This document shows positions 13,338 through 26,289 of a DNA stretch of 64,000 bases, piece by piece (the first letter of the stretch is position 1; each line of letters begins with the position of its first letter). The stretch comes from Chiloscyllium plagiosum. Taxonomy: Eukaryota. A program made the translations under genes and the position numbers. The stretch covers positions 69,378,401 to 69,442,400 of the forward strand of contig NC_057719.1 of assembly GCF_004010195.1 (NCBI RefSeq), read 5' to 3'. Below the pieces are notes generated by a model. The model was not told the origin of the DNA and searched no databases. It worked only from the letters and a program-made list of their open reading frames with translations.

Positions 13338-14880
13338 ACAAAATCCATCCAGTCACTGAGAATGTTTGGATTGATTACATGATCCATCCTCTTACTCCTT
13401 TAATTGGTTATTCCATTTTGAAGGTTGCTATTAAGCCCATTTCCAACACATTATCAAGCATTGTACTCCGAATCCTTTATATGCATTCTGTAAAGCAACG
13501 TTTCCTTACCTGGTCTTTAGCTGCTCTACAAATCATGTTAGAAATACATCCCTGGTAATTTCTGCATTTGGATATGCTTTCTCTATTTGAACTCTTCACT
13601 TTTTAAAGACCTCTATCAAATTTACCACCTTATTTAAGGAGAGCAATCCCAATTTCAACCATGTGCCCACATAACAGTAATCTCTTGTCTTCAGAGCCAT
13701 TCTAGTGAATGTCATCTCCAAAGTTCTAAGACCTTTCCTGAAATGTGGCGCCCAGTATTGGATACAATACTGCAGCTGGGGCCGACCCGGTTTTTGATAT
13801 TGATTTAGTAATTCTGGATGATGATAGATCCAAACACTCTGGTCTTGTCTTTTGCCCTCATTGAGCATGGGAATATTTGTGCGGCCTGTTTTCAGTTAAC
13901 TGATTGACTGTTCACTACGATTCATGACTGGCTTGGCAGGACAGCATTGGTCATTGCTCAATTACAAAGTTCTGTATATGCCATACTTCTTTTTTTGTTT
14001 ATCACCCTGTGTTCTTTATCAGATTGTTACCTCACTTTTAGGTAGGTCTGTTGCTGCTCCTAGCTCTCCTTATTGAACCATTGTTGGTCTTCTACTTTGA
14101 TGATAATGGTACAGTGAGAGATGTGCTAGTCCACGAGATTACAAATTTTGGTAGAATTCGATTCTGTTGCAGATGGCCCAGAGTGTTTTATACAGGTTTC
14201 TTTGAGCTGCTAATGTCATTGAATTGAGCATGGAGGTGGCATCAATGTACTTAGCAGTGGTCACTCCTACAATATGATTGCTAAGCTCAAATTGTTGTTA
14301 TGCTCATATGCATCTATATCTGACAGACTGGCAAGAGACCAGACCTCAGGCCTATTCAAGTTCCCACGTCCTTTGTGCAAAGCCTCCCACAACTAAAATG
14401 AGGGTGCTATCTATTTTTTAAACAATCAGCTGGGCTGGTTGTGCCCTTGTCAGTTCCAGTTGGTCTGCCTGAGTTTTATTCTTACTTGACTCTTTTGGAG
14501 TAGTTTGTTATAACTGAACAACTTACTCAGCAATGAAAGAAAGTGGCTAAGACTTACCCCCATTGTCATGAATCTGGAATTACACGTAGGCCACACCAAG
14601 CAAGGTCGACAGGTTTCCTTCTCTTAATGGGCATTACAGAAGCAGATGGGTTTCTAAACAATCATAACTGTGACAAATTATTTGGGTCTTAATTAATTGA
14701 ATTTAAATTCCTCAGCTGCTAGGATGGGACTTGTACTCCAGAGGTCTCAACTGATCCTCCAGAGAGCAGAGTTCAAGTTCAAACTGTAAAAGTTATATAA
14801 TTGTTCTCTTGACTGTGGTGTCTTGCACGGTTGAATAATATTCAATAAAATGAAACAGAAAGGGCAAAAGAAACTAAGTA

Positions 14881-15094
14881 CAGGTCGTTCTGCTATAAAG
14901 CATTTCGCTAATGCAATTTCGCTGTAAAGCGATTGTCGAGTTGAGGGCACAGTCTCTAAAGTGCAAACTTCGGAAGTGTTTGTTGGTTATAACACAATTC
15001 TGGTCCTGTTGGTTGAAATGGTGCTGTTATGTGACTTTCTTATAACAAGGGATTGCACGAGAATGGAACTACCGCATTATTGTAGAACCGACTG
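14881..15094. mobile_element. Tc1/mariner (Tigger/pogo-like) MITE candidate
   Basis: TA-flanked on both sides. Imperfect TIRs: CAGGTCGTTCTGCTATAA vs reverse complement of the right end, CAGTCGGTTCTACAATAA. Confidence 0.65.
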
Positions 15095-15236
15095 TAGGTT
15101 GAACAGCCTCAGGCTCAGTGTCAACTCTATCACTCTCTCCAAAGATCGGCTGAGTTTCTCCAAAATTTCCTGTTTTACTTCAGATTTCCAGAATCAGCAG
15201 TATTTTGCTTTTATGTTCCGCTATAATCTAGGTTTA

Positions 15237-15697
15237 TAGAGTCATAGTCAGAGTCACACAGCAGAGAAACAAACCTTCGGTCCAACCAATCCATGATGAA
15301 CATAATCACAAACTAATCTAGTTCCACTTGCCTGTTCTTGGCCTATATCCCTCCAAACCTTTCCTATTCATGTATCCATCCAAATGTTTTTTAAACGTTG
15401 TAATTGGCCCCACATCCATGACTTTCTCAGGAAGTTCACTCCACGCATGAACCATCCTCTGTGTAAAACATTTGCCTTGTCTTTTTTAAATCTCTCCTCT
15501 CTTCTTAATGTGCCTAGCATTCTTGAAATCCCACATCCTAAAGAAAAGACAACTTCAATTAACTCTATCTACACCTCTCATTATTTTACAAACTTCTATC
15601 AGATCACCTCTCAACCTCCTATGCTCCAGTGAAAGAAGTCCCAGCCTGTCCAGCCTCTCTCTAATACTCAAACCTTCCATACCTGGAAACATCCTGA
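15237..15697 (-). mobile_element. CR1/HER1 LINE 3' fragment
   Basis: Reverse complement of the CR1 ORF2 C-terminus and tail. Confidence 0.85.
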
Positions 15698-16192
15698 TAA
15701 ATGATCATAAAAAGAATGCTCATTTGGACAAGTTACCAACTCACTATATCTATCTTCAGACACCCTACACCAGACCTGAACAGAAAACAAAAGAGGGGAA
15801 AGAAGGTGGAGGGAAGAATCCTATTATTAAACAGGGAAATTTAAATGGAGAGCTAATGCAGAAAGGGTGTATGTTCAGTGTGATACAAGTCACAGCAAAT
15901 TGTCTTCTACTCATTTTCTGATGCATATGGATCACAAAGATTGATGTACATCTTTTTGGAACAGATTTGCTGGGTGAACTGGTCTGAGGGAATTTCTGTA
16001 GCTTGATACCCTAAATGCAGCCATGTCAGTACTAACAAAACTGCTGAGTAATTACACAGCTAGGGGTTGTCCTCCCTTTCTGACATTCCTGCTCCTTCTA
16101 TTGAATATGCACAACACCACCTTATAAATTATAACCCTCAGAAATTAAGGTGGTGGTTATTTGTTACAATTACCAGGGAAATAATTACTTAG

Positions 16193-19050
16193 ACATAAAA
16201 CATAGGAGCAGAAATTAGGCCATTCAGCCCATCAAGTCTGCTCCGCCAATCATAGCTGATACATTTCTCAACCCTTTTCTCCCATTTTCTCCCTGTAACC
16301 CATGATCCTCTTGATACTCCAGAACCCCTCTCAGTCTTAAATATACTCAATGACCTGGCCTCCACAGCCTTTTATGGCAATGAATTCCATAGACTCACCA
16401 CTCTCTGGCTCGAGAAGTTTCTCCTTATTTCCATTCTAAACGGTCTTCCCTTTATTCTAAGGCTGTGCCCTCGGGTTCTAATTTCTCCTACTAATGGAAA
16501 CATCTGCCCAACATCCATTCTCTCCAGGCCATTCAGTATTCTGTAAGTTTCAATTAGATCCCCCTTCAGCCTTCTAAACTCCATCGAGTATAGACCCAGA
16601 ATGCTCAAACTGTGCTCATATTTTAAGCTGTTCATTCCTGGGACAATTCTCATGAACCTCCTTGAACACTCTCCTCGGCCAGTATTTCCTTCCTAAGATA
16701 TGGGACTCAAAACTGAGCACAATACTGTAAATGTGGTCTGACCAGAGTCTTATAGAACCTCAGAAGTACCTCCTTGCTTTTATAATCAAGTCTTTTCAAA
16801 ATAATTGCCATCATCGCATTTGCCTGCAACTTTACCTTGAGAGAATCCTGGAAGATGACTCCCAAGTCTCTCTGCTCTTCAGACTTCTGAATTTTCTCCC
16901 CATTTAGAAAACAGTCCATGCCTCTATTCTTCCTACCAAAGTGCATGACCTCACACTTTCCCACGATGAACATCACATCGAGATGGTGCAAAGAGCAGCA
17001 ACTAAGCCAAACTCGTATTTAAGCAACAAAATACAGCTGCCTGTCTAAATGTTAAATGTCAATGACATTTAAAAATCCCTTGGATGTGTACTTGAATGCC
17101 ATAAGCCATTGGCCCAAGGATCAATTGGGAACTGAGCAGACAAGATCGTGAAGGTGGCATTTAGTATGCTTTGGCCACTTGTTTGCCCACTCCTCTAACC
17201 TGTACAAATCCTTCCGCATCCTCCCCACCTCCTCAATGCTACTTATCACTCTACCTGTCTTCTGCAAGCTTAGCCAGAATGCCATCAGTTCCTTCATCTA
17301 GATTGTTAATATATAAAAGTGAAAACTTGTGGTCCCCACACTGTGCCTTGTATGACTCCCCTTGTCACCGGCTACCATCCTGAGAAGGACCTTTTTGTCC
17401 CCACTCTGGACAGAGACAGCCAAACTTCTATCCATGCCAGCACCTTGCCTCAAATACCATGAGCCCTTACCTTAACTCAGTAGCCTCCTATGTGGCACCT
17501 TGTCAAAGGTCTTCTTGAAATCCAGGTAGATAACATTAGTTGGCTCTCCTTTGTCTAAGCCGCTCATTACTTCCTCAAAAGAATTCTAGAAGGTTTGTCA
17601 AGCATAACCTCCTCTTGATGAAACGATGCTGACTTTGCCCTATCTTACCATATACTTCCAAGTATTCAGAAATCTCAAGGTAAGATTCCATTATCTTACC
17701 ATGAACGAGGTTAGGCTAACCGTTCTGCAATTTTCTATCTTCTGCCTTATTGCCTTTTTAAAACACGGGTGTCACATTAGTGATTTTCAAGGCCTTTGGA
17801 TGCCTCCCTAATTCTAGTGATTCCTGAACGACCAGCAACACCTCCACTATCTCTTCAGTTATCTCTCTTAGAGCTGAGGTGTCGTCTATCTGGTCCAGGT
17901 GATTTACCCACCCTCAGGCCAGTTTCTCTAGCACCTTCGCCTTGGCGATGGCCATCATACTCAACTCTGCCTCCTCACTCTTGAATTTTTGGAATATAAC
18001 TCGTGTCTTCTACCATGAAGAATGACGCAAAGTATTTATTCAGTTCCTCAGTCATTTCCTTATTCCCCTCTACTACCTCTGCAATGTCCACTTTTGATTC
18101 TCTTTTGTCTTCTATATATCTAAAAAAACTCTTAGTCTTCCTTTATATTACTGGGTGACTCACCCTCATGTCTTCTCCCTCCTTATTTCTTTTTTTGTTG
18201 TCCTCCGTTGGTCTTTGTAAGCTTCCCAATCTTCTGGTTTCCCACTGCCCCTTTGCCACATTATATGCTTTCTCTTTTGCTTTACTGCTATTCCTGACTT
18301 CCCTAATTGGCCATGGTTACCTCATCCTCCCTGTACCATACTGCTTTTACTTTGGGATGAATCTCTCCTGAATTACTCCCAGAAGCTCCTGCCATTGGCT
18401 GTTCCCCTGTATTTCCTGGTAGGCTCCTCTCCAAGTCAGGTCAGGCAGCATCCAAGGAACAGGAGAATCGACGTTTCGGGCATAAGCCCTCCTTCCTGAA
18501 GAAGGGCTTATGCCCGAAACATCGATTCTCCTGTTCCTTGGATGCTGCCTGACCTGATGCGCTTTTCCAGCAACACATTTTCAGCTCTGATCTCCAGCAT
18601 CTGCAGTCCTCACTTTCTCCTCTCCCAGTCAATTCTACCCAGCTCTCCCTCATGCCTTTGTTGTTGCCTTTATTCAGTTGTCTTACCATTATTTCTGATT
18701 CTATGTCCTCCCTCTCAAATTGTGGAGTAACTTCCATCATATGATGATCACTGCCTCCTAAGGGCCCCTTCACCTTAAGCTCCTTTATCAAGTCTGCCTC
18801 AATGCACAACACTGAAGTCAGTATTGCTTGCTCCCTAGTGGCTCCACCATAAGCCATCTCAGACATCCCACAAATTGCTTTTCTTGCAATTCGCTACTAA
18901 CCCGATTTTCCCAGTCCACTTTGCCTTTCCTACACATCTTTTCTATCTCCTGATGTATCTTGCATCTCAGCTCCTGACTGTTTGGAGCCCTGTACATAAC
19001 TCCTCTGCAGTTCCTCAATTCTATCCACACAGATTGTACACCACCTGACC
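16193..19050 (-). mobile_element. CR1/HER1 LINE, ~2.8-kb decayed ORF2 with internal insertions
   Basis: ORFs 16372-16653, 16707-16991 (KCEVMHFGRKN...LVRPHLQYCAQF), 18441-18866 (PLGGSDHHM) and 18818-19030. Confidence 0.92.
18439..18620. mobile_element. Penelope-like palindromic insert (family A) nested in CR1
   Basis: Inverted arms meet at gggcataagccc...ttcctgaagaagggcttatgcccgaaac. TSD ctcctctccaagtca (18424-18438) / ctcctctcccagtca (18617-18631). Confidence 0.88.
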
Positions 19051-19689
19051 CTACTTTTTTTCTTACTACTGATTAAATTTCATTTCTTACTCATAATACT
19101 TCCTTTCAATTTAAGGCAAACAATAGTTTTGAATTCAGCAAACACAAATTGAGAGAACATTCCATAAACACACTTGAGTTTAAAGGGTTTCTCAATAATA
19201 CAATTCCTGGAAGGAAATGTCACATTCATTTCAAACAGCAGGACATTTTGATTGCCAAATTATTTGAAACATTGTCAGGATTATGGAAAGTCTGATGCAC
19301 TTTAAATTCCAGGAACATGGCTGAGAAAAATCAAAATTTGGGATCACCTCTTTAAATGGAAAGATTGGTACTACTACTTCTGAAGCCATCAAAAAATACA
19401 TCGAGGAAGTTTTCATAACAATCCTGACAGACCACTATCAATGGCAGCAAATTATAAATGCTGCTACTTCAATCACTTTCACAGTGTGCAGACACCATTC
19501 ATTATAATTTTTGCATTAATGATCTATATGGATCCTCTGTAGGATTTGGAAAGTAACTACAAAATAAAGCAGTGACTGCTGGCTTCCACATATATAGTTA
19601 CATGCATACACACATGAACCTGCACTGCTACTTTTAACTCTATTGCTGTGATATCATTGCAGCAACTTAAAAAGGATAGCTATCATAGT

Positions 19690-19777
19690 AGAGCTGAAAA
19701 TGTGTTGCTGGAAAAGCGCAGCAGGTCAGGCAGCATCCAAGGAGCAGGAGAATCGACGTTTCGGGCATGAGCCCTTC
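19690..19777 (-). mobile_element. Penelope-like pLTR fragment (family A), single arm
   Basis: Near-identical to the left arm of the 28054 insert; truncated inside the hammerhead motif. Confidence 0.85.
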
Positions 19778-20844
19778 ATAGCAGGGCAAGTTAAATTATT
19801 AACAAACTGATACTTTTTACAGGCATTAAAGTCGGTTATGGTAGTACAATATTTCACTTATGGTAACACAAAGATTGAAAAGCACTGCAACTAACATTAA
19901 GCCTCCTTCAACAGCAAAGTTGGTCCAAAGTTTTAAAAATAATTAAAAATAACAGTTCTTCACCTCAATTCAAACGTATGAAATAAATGCTTTGCAGGCT
20001 GAAGAAAACAGATCATCCAACAGCATATTTGTTGAAACCACTGATATTTTCTATATCCCTTTATAAGATTGGTTAAAAGCAAGTCCACACTGTATGCACT
20101 TACATTCATCTGTGTTAATACATAAATAGGCATGCATGCCAATGATTGTAATGTACTTAATTTCTTTGATCAAATCTGAAAATAGGCAAATTACTCTGCT
20201 TTTCCAAGAACTTTGCTATAAAACTACATCACCAAGAGACAGATCATCAAATGTGGGGAAAAGAATGTGATCCTGCCAGTTGTGTGATAGACACCAATTC
20301 AATTTGCCAAAAATGAGGAGGGCTTTCCCATTCCTGTGTGTTCCAATTTAAAAGTGAAATGCTACTTTACGTAATGTAACTGAAAATTTATCTTCTCAAT
20401 GTGAAGGTTTGCTCTGAAAAAAAAGTTGCTACTTTATGAAATAGTTCCTTGGAGAACTGATATGCCTCAAAAGTAAAGGCTGAACAGTCTAACATTAATG
20501 TGGAAGAATGAATTGGAATAGGTTAAAAAAGACAATTAGAATGGGTATGCTGATGAACATATAAATTTGGAGGAGTAGGCCACATGGCCCCTCAAAATTG
20601 CACCATCATTCAATAAGATTATAGTTACTTTGTTTGTGGCCAGAGTTCAACATTCTTATCCACCTTAATCAAGAAAAAAAAGAAAGTTTCTTGAATAAAT
20701 ATCACAAGATATCACTAGAAGATTGTATTGGCAAAATACCATTAGGCTGGCTGGCACAACCTGTAGAAGTGAGAGATAATTATGCGAATGCTACTACTAC
20801 AGGTACACGCAATGAATGAGATGTTTAGAATCAGACCTTGAGGC

Positions 20845-21082
20845 GTCTGTGAGTGGTAATGTCTTTACCTCTGAGCCAGGAGGACCAGGTTCAGGTTTCA
20901 CTTGCCTTAGCAATTTGCAATGACATCCTTGAACAAGTTGATTAGAAAATACCTTCAATTGGACTTATGGTTTTTGTGGCACAGCATTAGTACCTGTTCC
21001 TCTGAATCAGTGGGCTCCCAGAGTCAAATCCTACCTGCTCAAGAGGAGTATCATACAGTCCCTGAACAGTTGATTAAAAATA
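20845..21082 (+). mobile_element. Two tandem decayed copies of a short tRNA-derived SINE-like repeat
   Basis: Both contain cctctga..cag...c(a/c)t.cctg / cctgaaca.gttgatta.aaa. A third partial copy lies near 39397-39482. Confidence 0.5.
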
Positions 21083-22570
21083 TTTAGAATTGGACCTTTC
21101 CACACAATTGACCTACCAGCAGTGAAAATGTTAATATGAACTGAGCTGTACAATCAGCAGTAGAATTCTGGCCATTTTCCACCAGCTATTTTATATATAA
21201 CTACTGCTTTCAACAGTTAGCATAATTCTTCCAGATGATGGGCAGAATCCACTCCCAAATAAATAATCAAAAACAACTCTTTTGACCAAAATCTTACATT
21301 CTAAAATAGCAAATTTCTTTGCTCAATATTACTACTCTTATTTCATTGTTTCTGGGTCCAAATCCTGGAATTCCCTCCCTAATGGCATGGTGGGTCAACC
21401 CACAGCAGGTGGACTGCAATAGTTCAAGGTGGCAGCTCACAACCACTTTAGAGGGCAATAATTAAATGAGTAATAAATGTTGGCCAGCCAGTGATGCCCA
21501 CATCCCACAAAATGAAATTGAAACTAGTCAAAATTCTGTTGTCTTGATGACAACTAAAGAACCTTTTGCACTGAAAATTGACAAGACAAATGTGGAATCA
21601 CATTCTTTCAGACCTAGTTATTTTGAAATTTTAAAGAAAGTGAAACATTCAAATAAAAGATATAAAAATAAACTTTTGTCTCTCTCAAGCCCAAGAAAGG
21701 AGATAGATCAAACGCCAAGTAATCTCATTTTCTGAAACGCTAACGATGAATGAGAGGACAGCTCAATGAGTGAAAGAATGATCATGCAATCTCATTAAAA
21801 AGATTTCACATTGAAAAAATTCTGAAATATATAGGGAGAAAATAGTAAATATTAAAATAATCCAACTTTTGATTTATGCAAGGTTATTATGGCAAAGGAG
21901 TAGAACAAAATAGAATGGTATCTAGTGTTTAAGATATCCACAATTGTTTAATACATTCATCAGTACTAACCTATGATGCACATATATATTCATTATAAAA
22001 GCCTGGTAAATTGATTACACGTGGTATGCAGCTGTGAACTTGATATTTATCAATAATAGTCGTGTGAGGAGATAGCTCACTGACAGGCAGAGGAAATGAA
22101 AATTGAATAGCTTCCTTGTGTCTAGTCGTCTATTTCTTGAAATGTATCAGTGTCCTGGCTGATGGCAATATAATAGCATTCATTAAAGCATTGCACTTGA
22201 ATGGTTGATATTTCACTTGAGCAGAACAGTCACACATTTGCCAAGGGCATACGTCATAACTATGATACATATTAACTGTCCTTTAAAGTCAGTGTTTCCA
22301 AGTCACTAAACTTGTTTATATTCTCAAGCTGATTTTACTCAACAGCATCACTCTGTCCATATCTGATATTTCTACTACCAACTCCTTTAGACATGTATCC
22401 TTCAGAGTAGAATTGGGATCCATAAAATTAAAAGGATAATTAAAGTGCAAGACCATTTGGCCCATTTTAAATCCAATTCATCAAGATGGATCTCAACATT
22501 GTCCCTCCCCATCCATCTTGTAGGCATTCAAAATGTCCCTTACATAATTTTTAAGGTTGATGCATCCACT

Positions 22571-22658
22571 ATTCCTGATGAAGGGCTTTTGCCCGAAACG
22601 TCAATTTTCCTGCTCCTCGGGTGCTGCCTGACCTGCTGCGCTTTTCCAGCATGACACT
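22571..22658 (+). mobile_element. Penelope-like pLTR fragment (family A) starting at the hammerhead motif
   Basis: attcctgatgaagggcttttgcccgaaacgtcaattttcctgctcc... Confidence 0.85.
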
Positions 22659-22732
22659 AATGTTGCAGCCATTATTCCATCTGTTCCAACACATTAATGA
22701 CATTTTCAATGTACTTATCTATGCTACACCTA

Positions 22733-23533
22733 AAGAACATAGAACATTACACAGCAGCACAGGCCATTCAACCCTCGATGTTGTGCCGACCTGTGAACCA
22801 ATCTGAAGCCTGTCTATTCTACACTATCCTATTTTCATCCTTACGTTTGTCTAATGACCATTTAAATGCCCTTAAAGTTGGTGAGTCCACTACTGTTGCA
22901 GGTAGAGCATTCCATGCCCCTACTATGGAGTAAAGAAATGGCCTCTAACATCTGTCCTGTATCTATCACCCCTCAATTTAAAGCTATATCCCCTCATGCT
23001 AGCCATCACCATCTGAGGAAAAAGGCTCTCACTGTCCACCCTACCTAATCCTTTGATTATTATACATCTCAATTACGTCACCTCTCAACCTTCTACTCTC
23101 TAACAAAAACAGCCTGAAGTCCCTCAGCCTTTCCTCATAGGACTTTCCTTCATACCAGGCAACGTCCTAGTAAATCTCCTCTGCACTCTTTCCAAAGCTT
23201 CCACATCCTTCCTATAATGCGGTAACCAGAACCGTATGCAATACTGCAAGTACCGCCGCACAAGAGTTTTGTACAGCTGCAGCATGACCTCATGACTCCC
23301 AAACTCAATCCCTCTACTAATAAAAGCTAACACACCATATGCCTTCTTAACAAGCCTATCAACCTGGGTGGCAACTTTCAGGGATCTATGTACGTGGACA
23401 TTGAGATCTTTCTGCTCATCTACATGACCAAGCATTTTACCATTAACCCAGTACTCTTTACTCCTGTTGCTCCTTCCAAAGTAAATCACCTCATACTTTT
23501 CCACATTAAATTCTATTTACCACCTCTCAGCAT
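22733..23533 (-). mobile_element. CR1/HER1 LINE 3' fragment
   Basis: ORF 23124-23504 (KYEVIYFGRSN...LQLYKTLVR...LERVQRRFTR) and an agaacat-repeat tail. Confidence 0.92.
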
Positions 23534-23922
23534 AGCCCTATTTAGAGATACTCTCTCAGATGCATCATTTTCAGGCTGAAAAATTGAAGTCTCATTTATT
23601 ACTGGTCATTACTCAATCGGTCACGAAGTCAGAGTATTCCTTTGGGGGAGAGGAACATAAAATTCATCACTCGCTTACTAATGCACAGTTTTCTCCCAAT
23701 AATAAATCATACTATGTTTACACAGGATTGAAGCAAAATTGCCATGTCTGAAATGCCGGAGTATGTTTCTACTTTTTTTGGAATACTGATAGGATAGTTG
23801 CCTCCCTACAGTTACATTACCTGTTTGATTAACTCCACCAAATAATATAAGTTAGTGCCTAATAAAGGAATTAAAAGGAATTACAAATCTGCCCTTAACA
23901 CCCTCTGAATCATAAAGCATTG

Positions 23923-24234
23923 TTAGATTAGATTACTTACAGTGTGGAAACAGGCCCTTCGGCCCAACAAGTCCACACCGACCCGCCGAAGCGCAACCCA
24001 CTCATTTCCTACATTTACCCCTTTACCTAACACTACGGGCAATTTAGCATGGCCAATTTACCTGACCTGCACATCTTTGGACTGTGGGAGGAAACCGGAG
24101 CACCCGGAGGAAACCCACGCAGACACGGGGAGAACGTGCAAACTCCACACAGTCAGTCGCCTGAGGCGGGAATTGAACCCAGGTCTCTGGCGCTGTGAGG
24201 CAGCAGTGCTAACCACTGTGCCACCGTGCCATCC
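23923..24234 (-). mobile_element. HE1-type V-SINE, young full-length copy
   Basis: Nearly identical to 13029-13337 and to the reverse complement of 62860-63171. Confidence 0.93.
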
Positions 24235-24438
24235 ACATTTTCAAAACATTTTTTTTTAAAGAGAGATTGAAACGTAACAATCTTGGAATTAGCAAGTCAG
24301 TCAACACATTATTTGTAAGCAATAAAAGCTGAAATGGCTGAAAAAAATCTTCATATTTGGCAAATCTGATAAGAGTAAGTAGAGTGAACATTTTGGATCC
24401 CACGGCCCTTCTTCAGTTCTGAGCGAAGGCAGACTTAC

Positions 24439-24604
24439 CTCCCAACACTTTAGATTGACAATTGATGAACTCTGGCTTCTTGTCGGAAAGATATCGCTGA
24501 GAAATATTGTGAAGGATCTGAAAGAAAGTGCATTTCTCGGAGGCTGTGCTTGCAACCCACTGGTCAAAGGTGTTCTCAAACACTAGATCAAATTCAGGAC
24601 AATC
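24439..24604 (-). CDS. STXBP6: Syntaxin-binding protein 6 (amisyn), next internal coding exon
   Basis: Translates DCPEFDLVFENTFDQWVASTASEKCTFFQILHNISQRYLSDKKPEFINCQSKVLG(G), matching amisyn DSAEFDLLFENAFDQWVASTASEKCTFFQILHHTCQRYLTDRKPEFINCQSKIMGG. Acceptor ctttttctcttttcag|GAT, donor G|gtaagt. 166 nt; splices in frame to the 27562-27692 exon across a 2957-nt intron. Confidence 0.95.
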
Positions 24605-25089
24605 CTGAAAAGAGAAAAAGTTACATTGCTTTATTACTTTTTTCATACTGAAACAATACAAATGCATAATCAAAAATATTAACCTACACATAGTTGGCTA
24701 ATTCATCAGTTGGTTAGTTTATAACTCAATTATTAGTCCTTAATTGAACTTAATACCAGTGGTGACACATCTGTTGGACAATAATCTTGTAACACTTACT
24801 GAATTTAACTGAAATACGGAAACTGAGCATTGAATTGAGTCTTGTGCTTGAACTTTTTTTAATGCATGATTTTTATTGGTCAGCTTTCATCAGAACACTA
24901 AGCGATCATAGCAGACTGAACAGTGCACTAATGTAATATTAGCAGTGACAGCAATACATGTAGTGTTTTAATTTATCAACACATTAGTGCAAAAGTATTC
25001 AAATATTGCAGCATTTGGATCAAGTGAGTTCAATTTGTTTCTTTAAACAATTGAAATTGCTGGCAACAACCCTGTGGCAATTTATTCTC

Positions 25090-25890
25090 CTAAACACACT
25101 GACTCTTACTGTACCAGAGTTCCTGAGCCTGACAGCATTCCACAAGGACCATTCCTTCCACAAAACCTTAGTCTACTCGTCCATCACGCCAAACAGCTCT
25201 TCACTATCCCTGACCCATTCCAATGCAATTCATTAAGTCTGACACTTGCCCTTTTACCTCATTTGTCACTGCCCTGAACACATCTTTCAGGTGAAGCAGC
25301 AACTTACTTGTACCTTTTCCATCTAGTCTACAGTATTCACTGCTCTCAATGCAGTCTCCACCACAGTGGCGAGATCAAATGCAGAGGCCGTGTGTGACTC
25401 CTTTGCAGACCTCCACTCTGACTATGAGAATCATTCCAAATATCACTTACCATTTCACATACATCATATTGCTCTAATGTCCTAGGCCTGTTGCAATGTT
25501 CCAGCAAAGCCAAATGCAAGATCTCATTTTTTGTTCAGGCACTTTGCAACCTTCAAGTATCAGCATGGAGTACAATATCAGACCTCAAACTCTATTCTCC
25601 ATTTTGATTACACCCCTGCCCCAGTCTTGTGTTTACACAAATTTTGTCAATACAGCTGAACTATATTTGCTATTTGAGCCCATCATTAACATCTATCCTT
25701 TATCTATTTTGCTTCTCCACTAACATCAACACACTCTGCCTTTTGCTTTCCTTGCTCCACCTCCCCTCTTTCTACACAAAGAAAAACATTTCTCTTGCTC
25801 TCTGCAGATATGAAGTAGTTAGATTGGGATTGAAATGATAACCTTGTATCTCTCTCTGCATATGCAGCCAGACTTACTATTTTCACTAAT
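25090..25890 (+). mobile_element. Decayed Penelope-like element 3' part (GIY-YIG endonuclease remnant) in the intron between the two STXBP6 exons
   Basis: tttcaggtgaagcagcaacttacttgtacc...ctagtctacagtattcactgctctcaatgcagtctccaccacagtggcgagatcaaa reads FQVKQQLTC...LVYSIHCSQCSLHHSGEIK, a degenerate VY.I.C..CG..YIGET motif. Confidence 0.7.
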
Positions 25891-26289
25891 TTTATCAGTT
25901 ACTACTCATTGGGAGTTTCATTCTTGAAGAGAAAGCAAATATCTGTCTGATAATAGTGAACAAAGTTATCAGCTACCATGGCATTTCACACTGTCCATTT
26001 TTATTTCCGCTTGAATATGTCAACAAAGTATTTTTGATTTTGTGCTTCTGACTTTAAATGAATGCTTCAGTGCACAGTGTCATTGTGAGATATCCATGCA
26101 TAAATAGGATTCTGACTTTTGCATCAAATGTAGGTATTCCATGTACAAATCTATATTTACAACTGTATTTAAATATCCTGCTTTCAGGAAGCTGTACTAA
26201 TTTATTTTAGCAAATCAGTTTAGAGTGCTTGTTTAATTGTTACCATAACATTAACTCTTGCCCCAAGGTTTTTGCAATTTTTGTTTTTA

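Noticed and set aside
23942..24259. Recurrent similar ORFs (CGRKPEHPEETHADTGRTCKLHT) suggesting a multicopy gene
   Set aside because: Antisense translation of the HE1 SINE.
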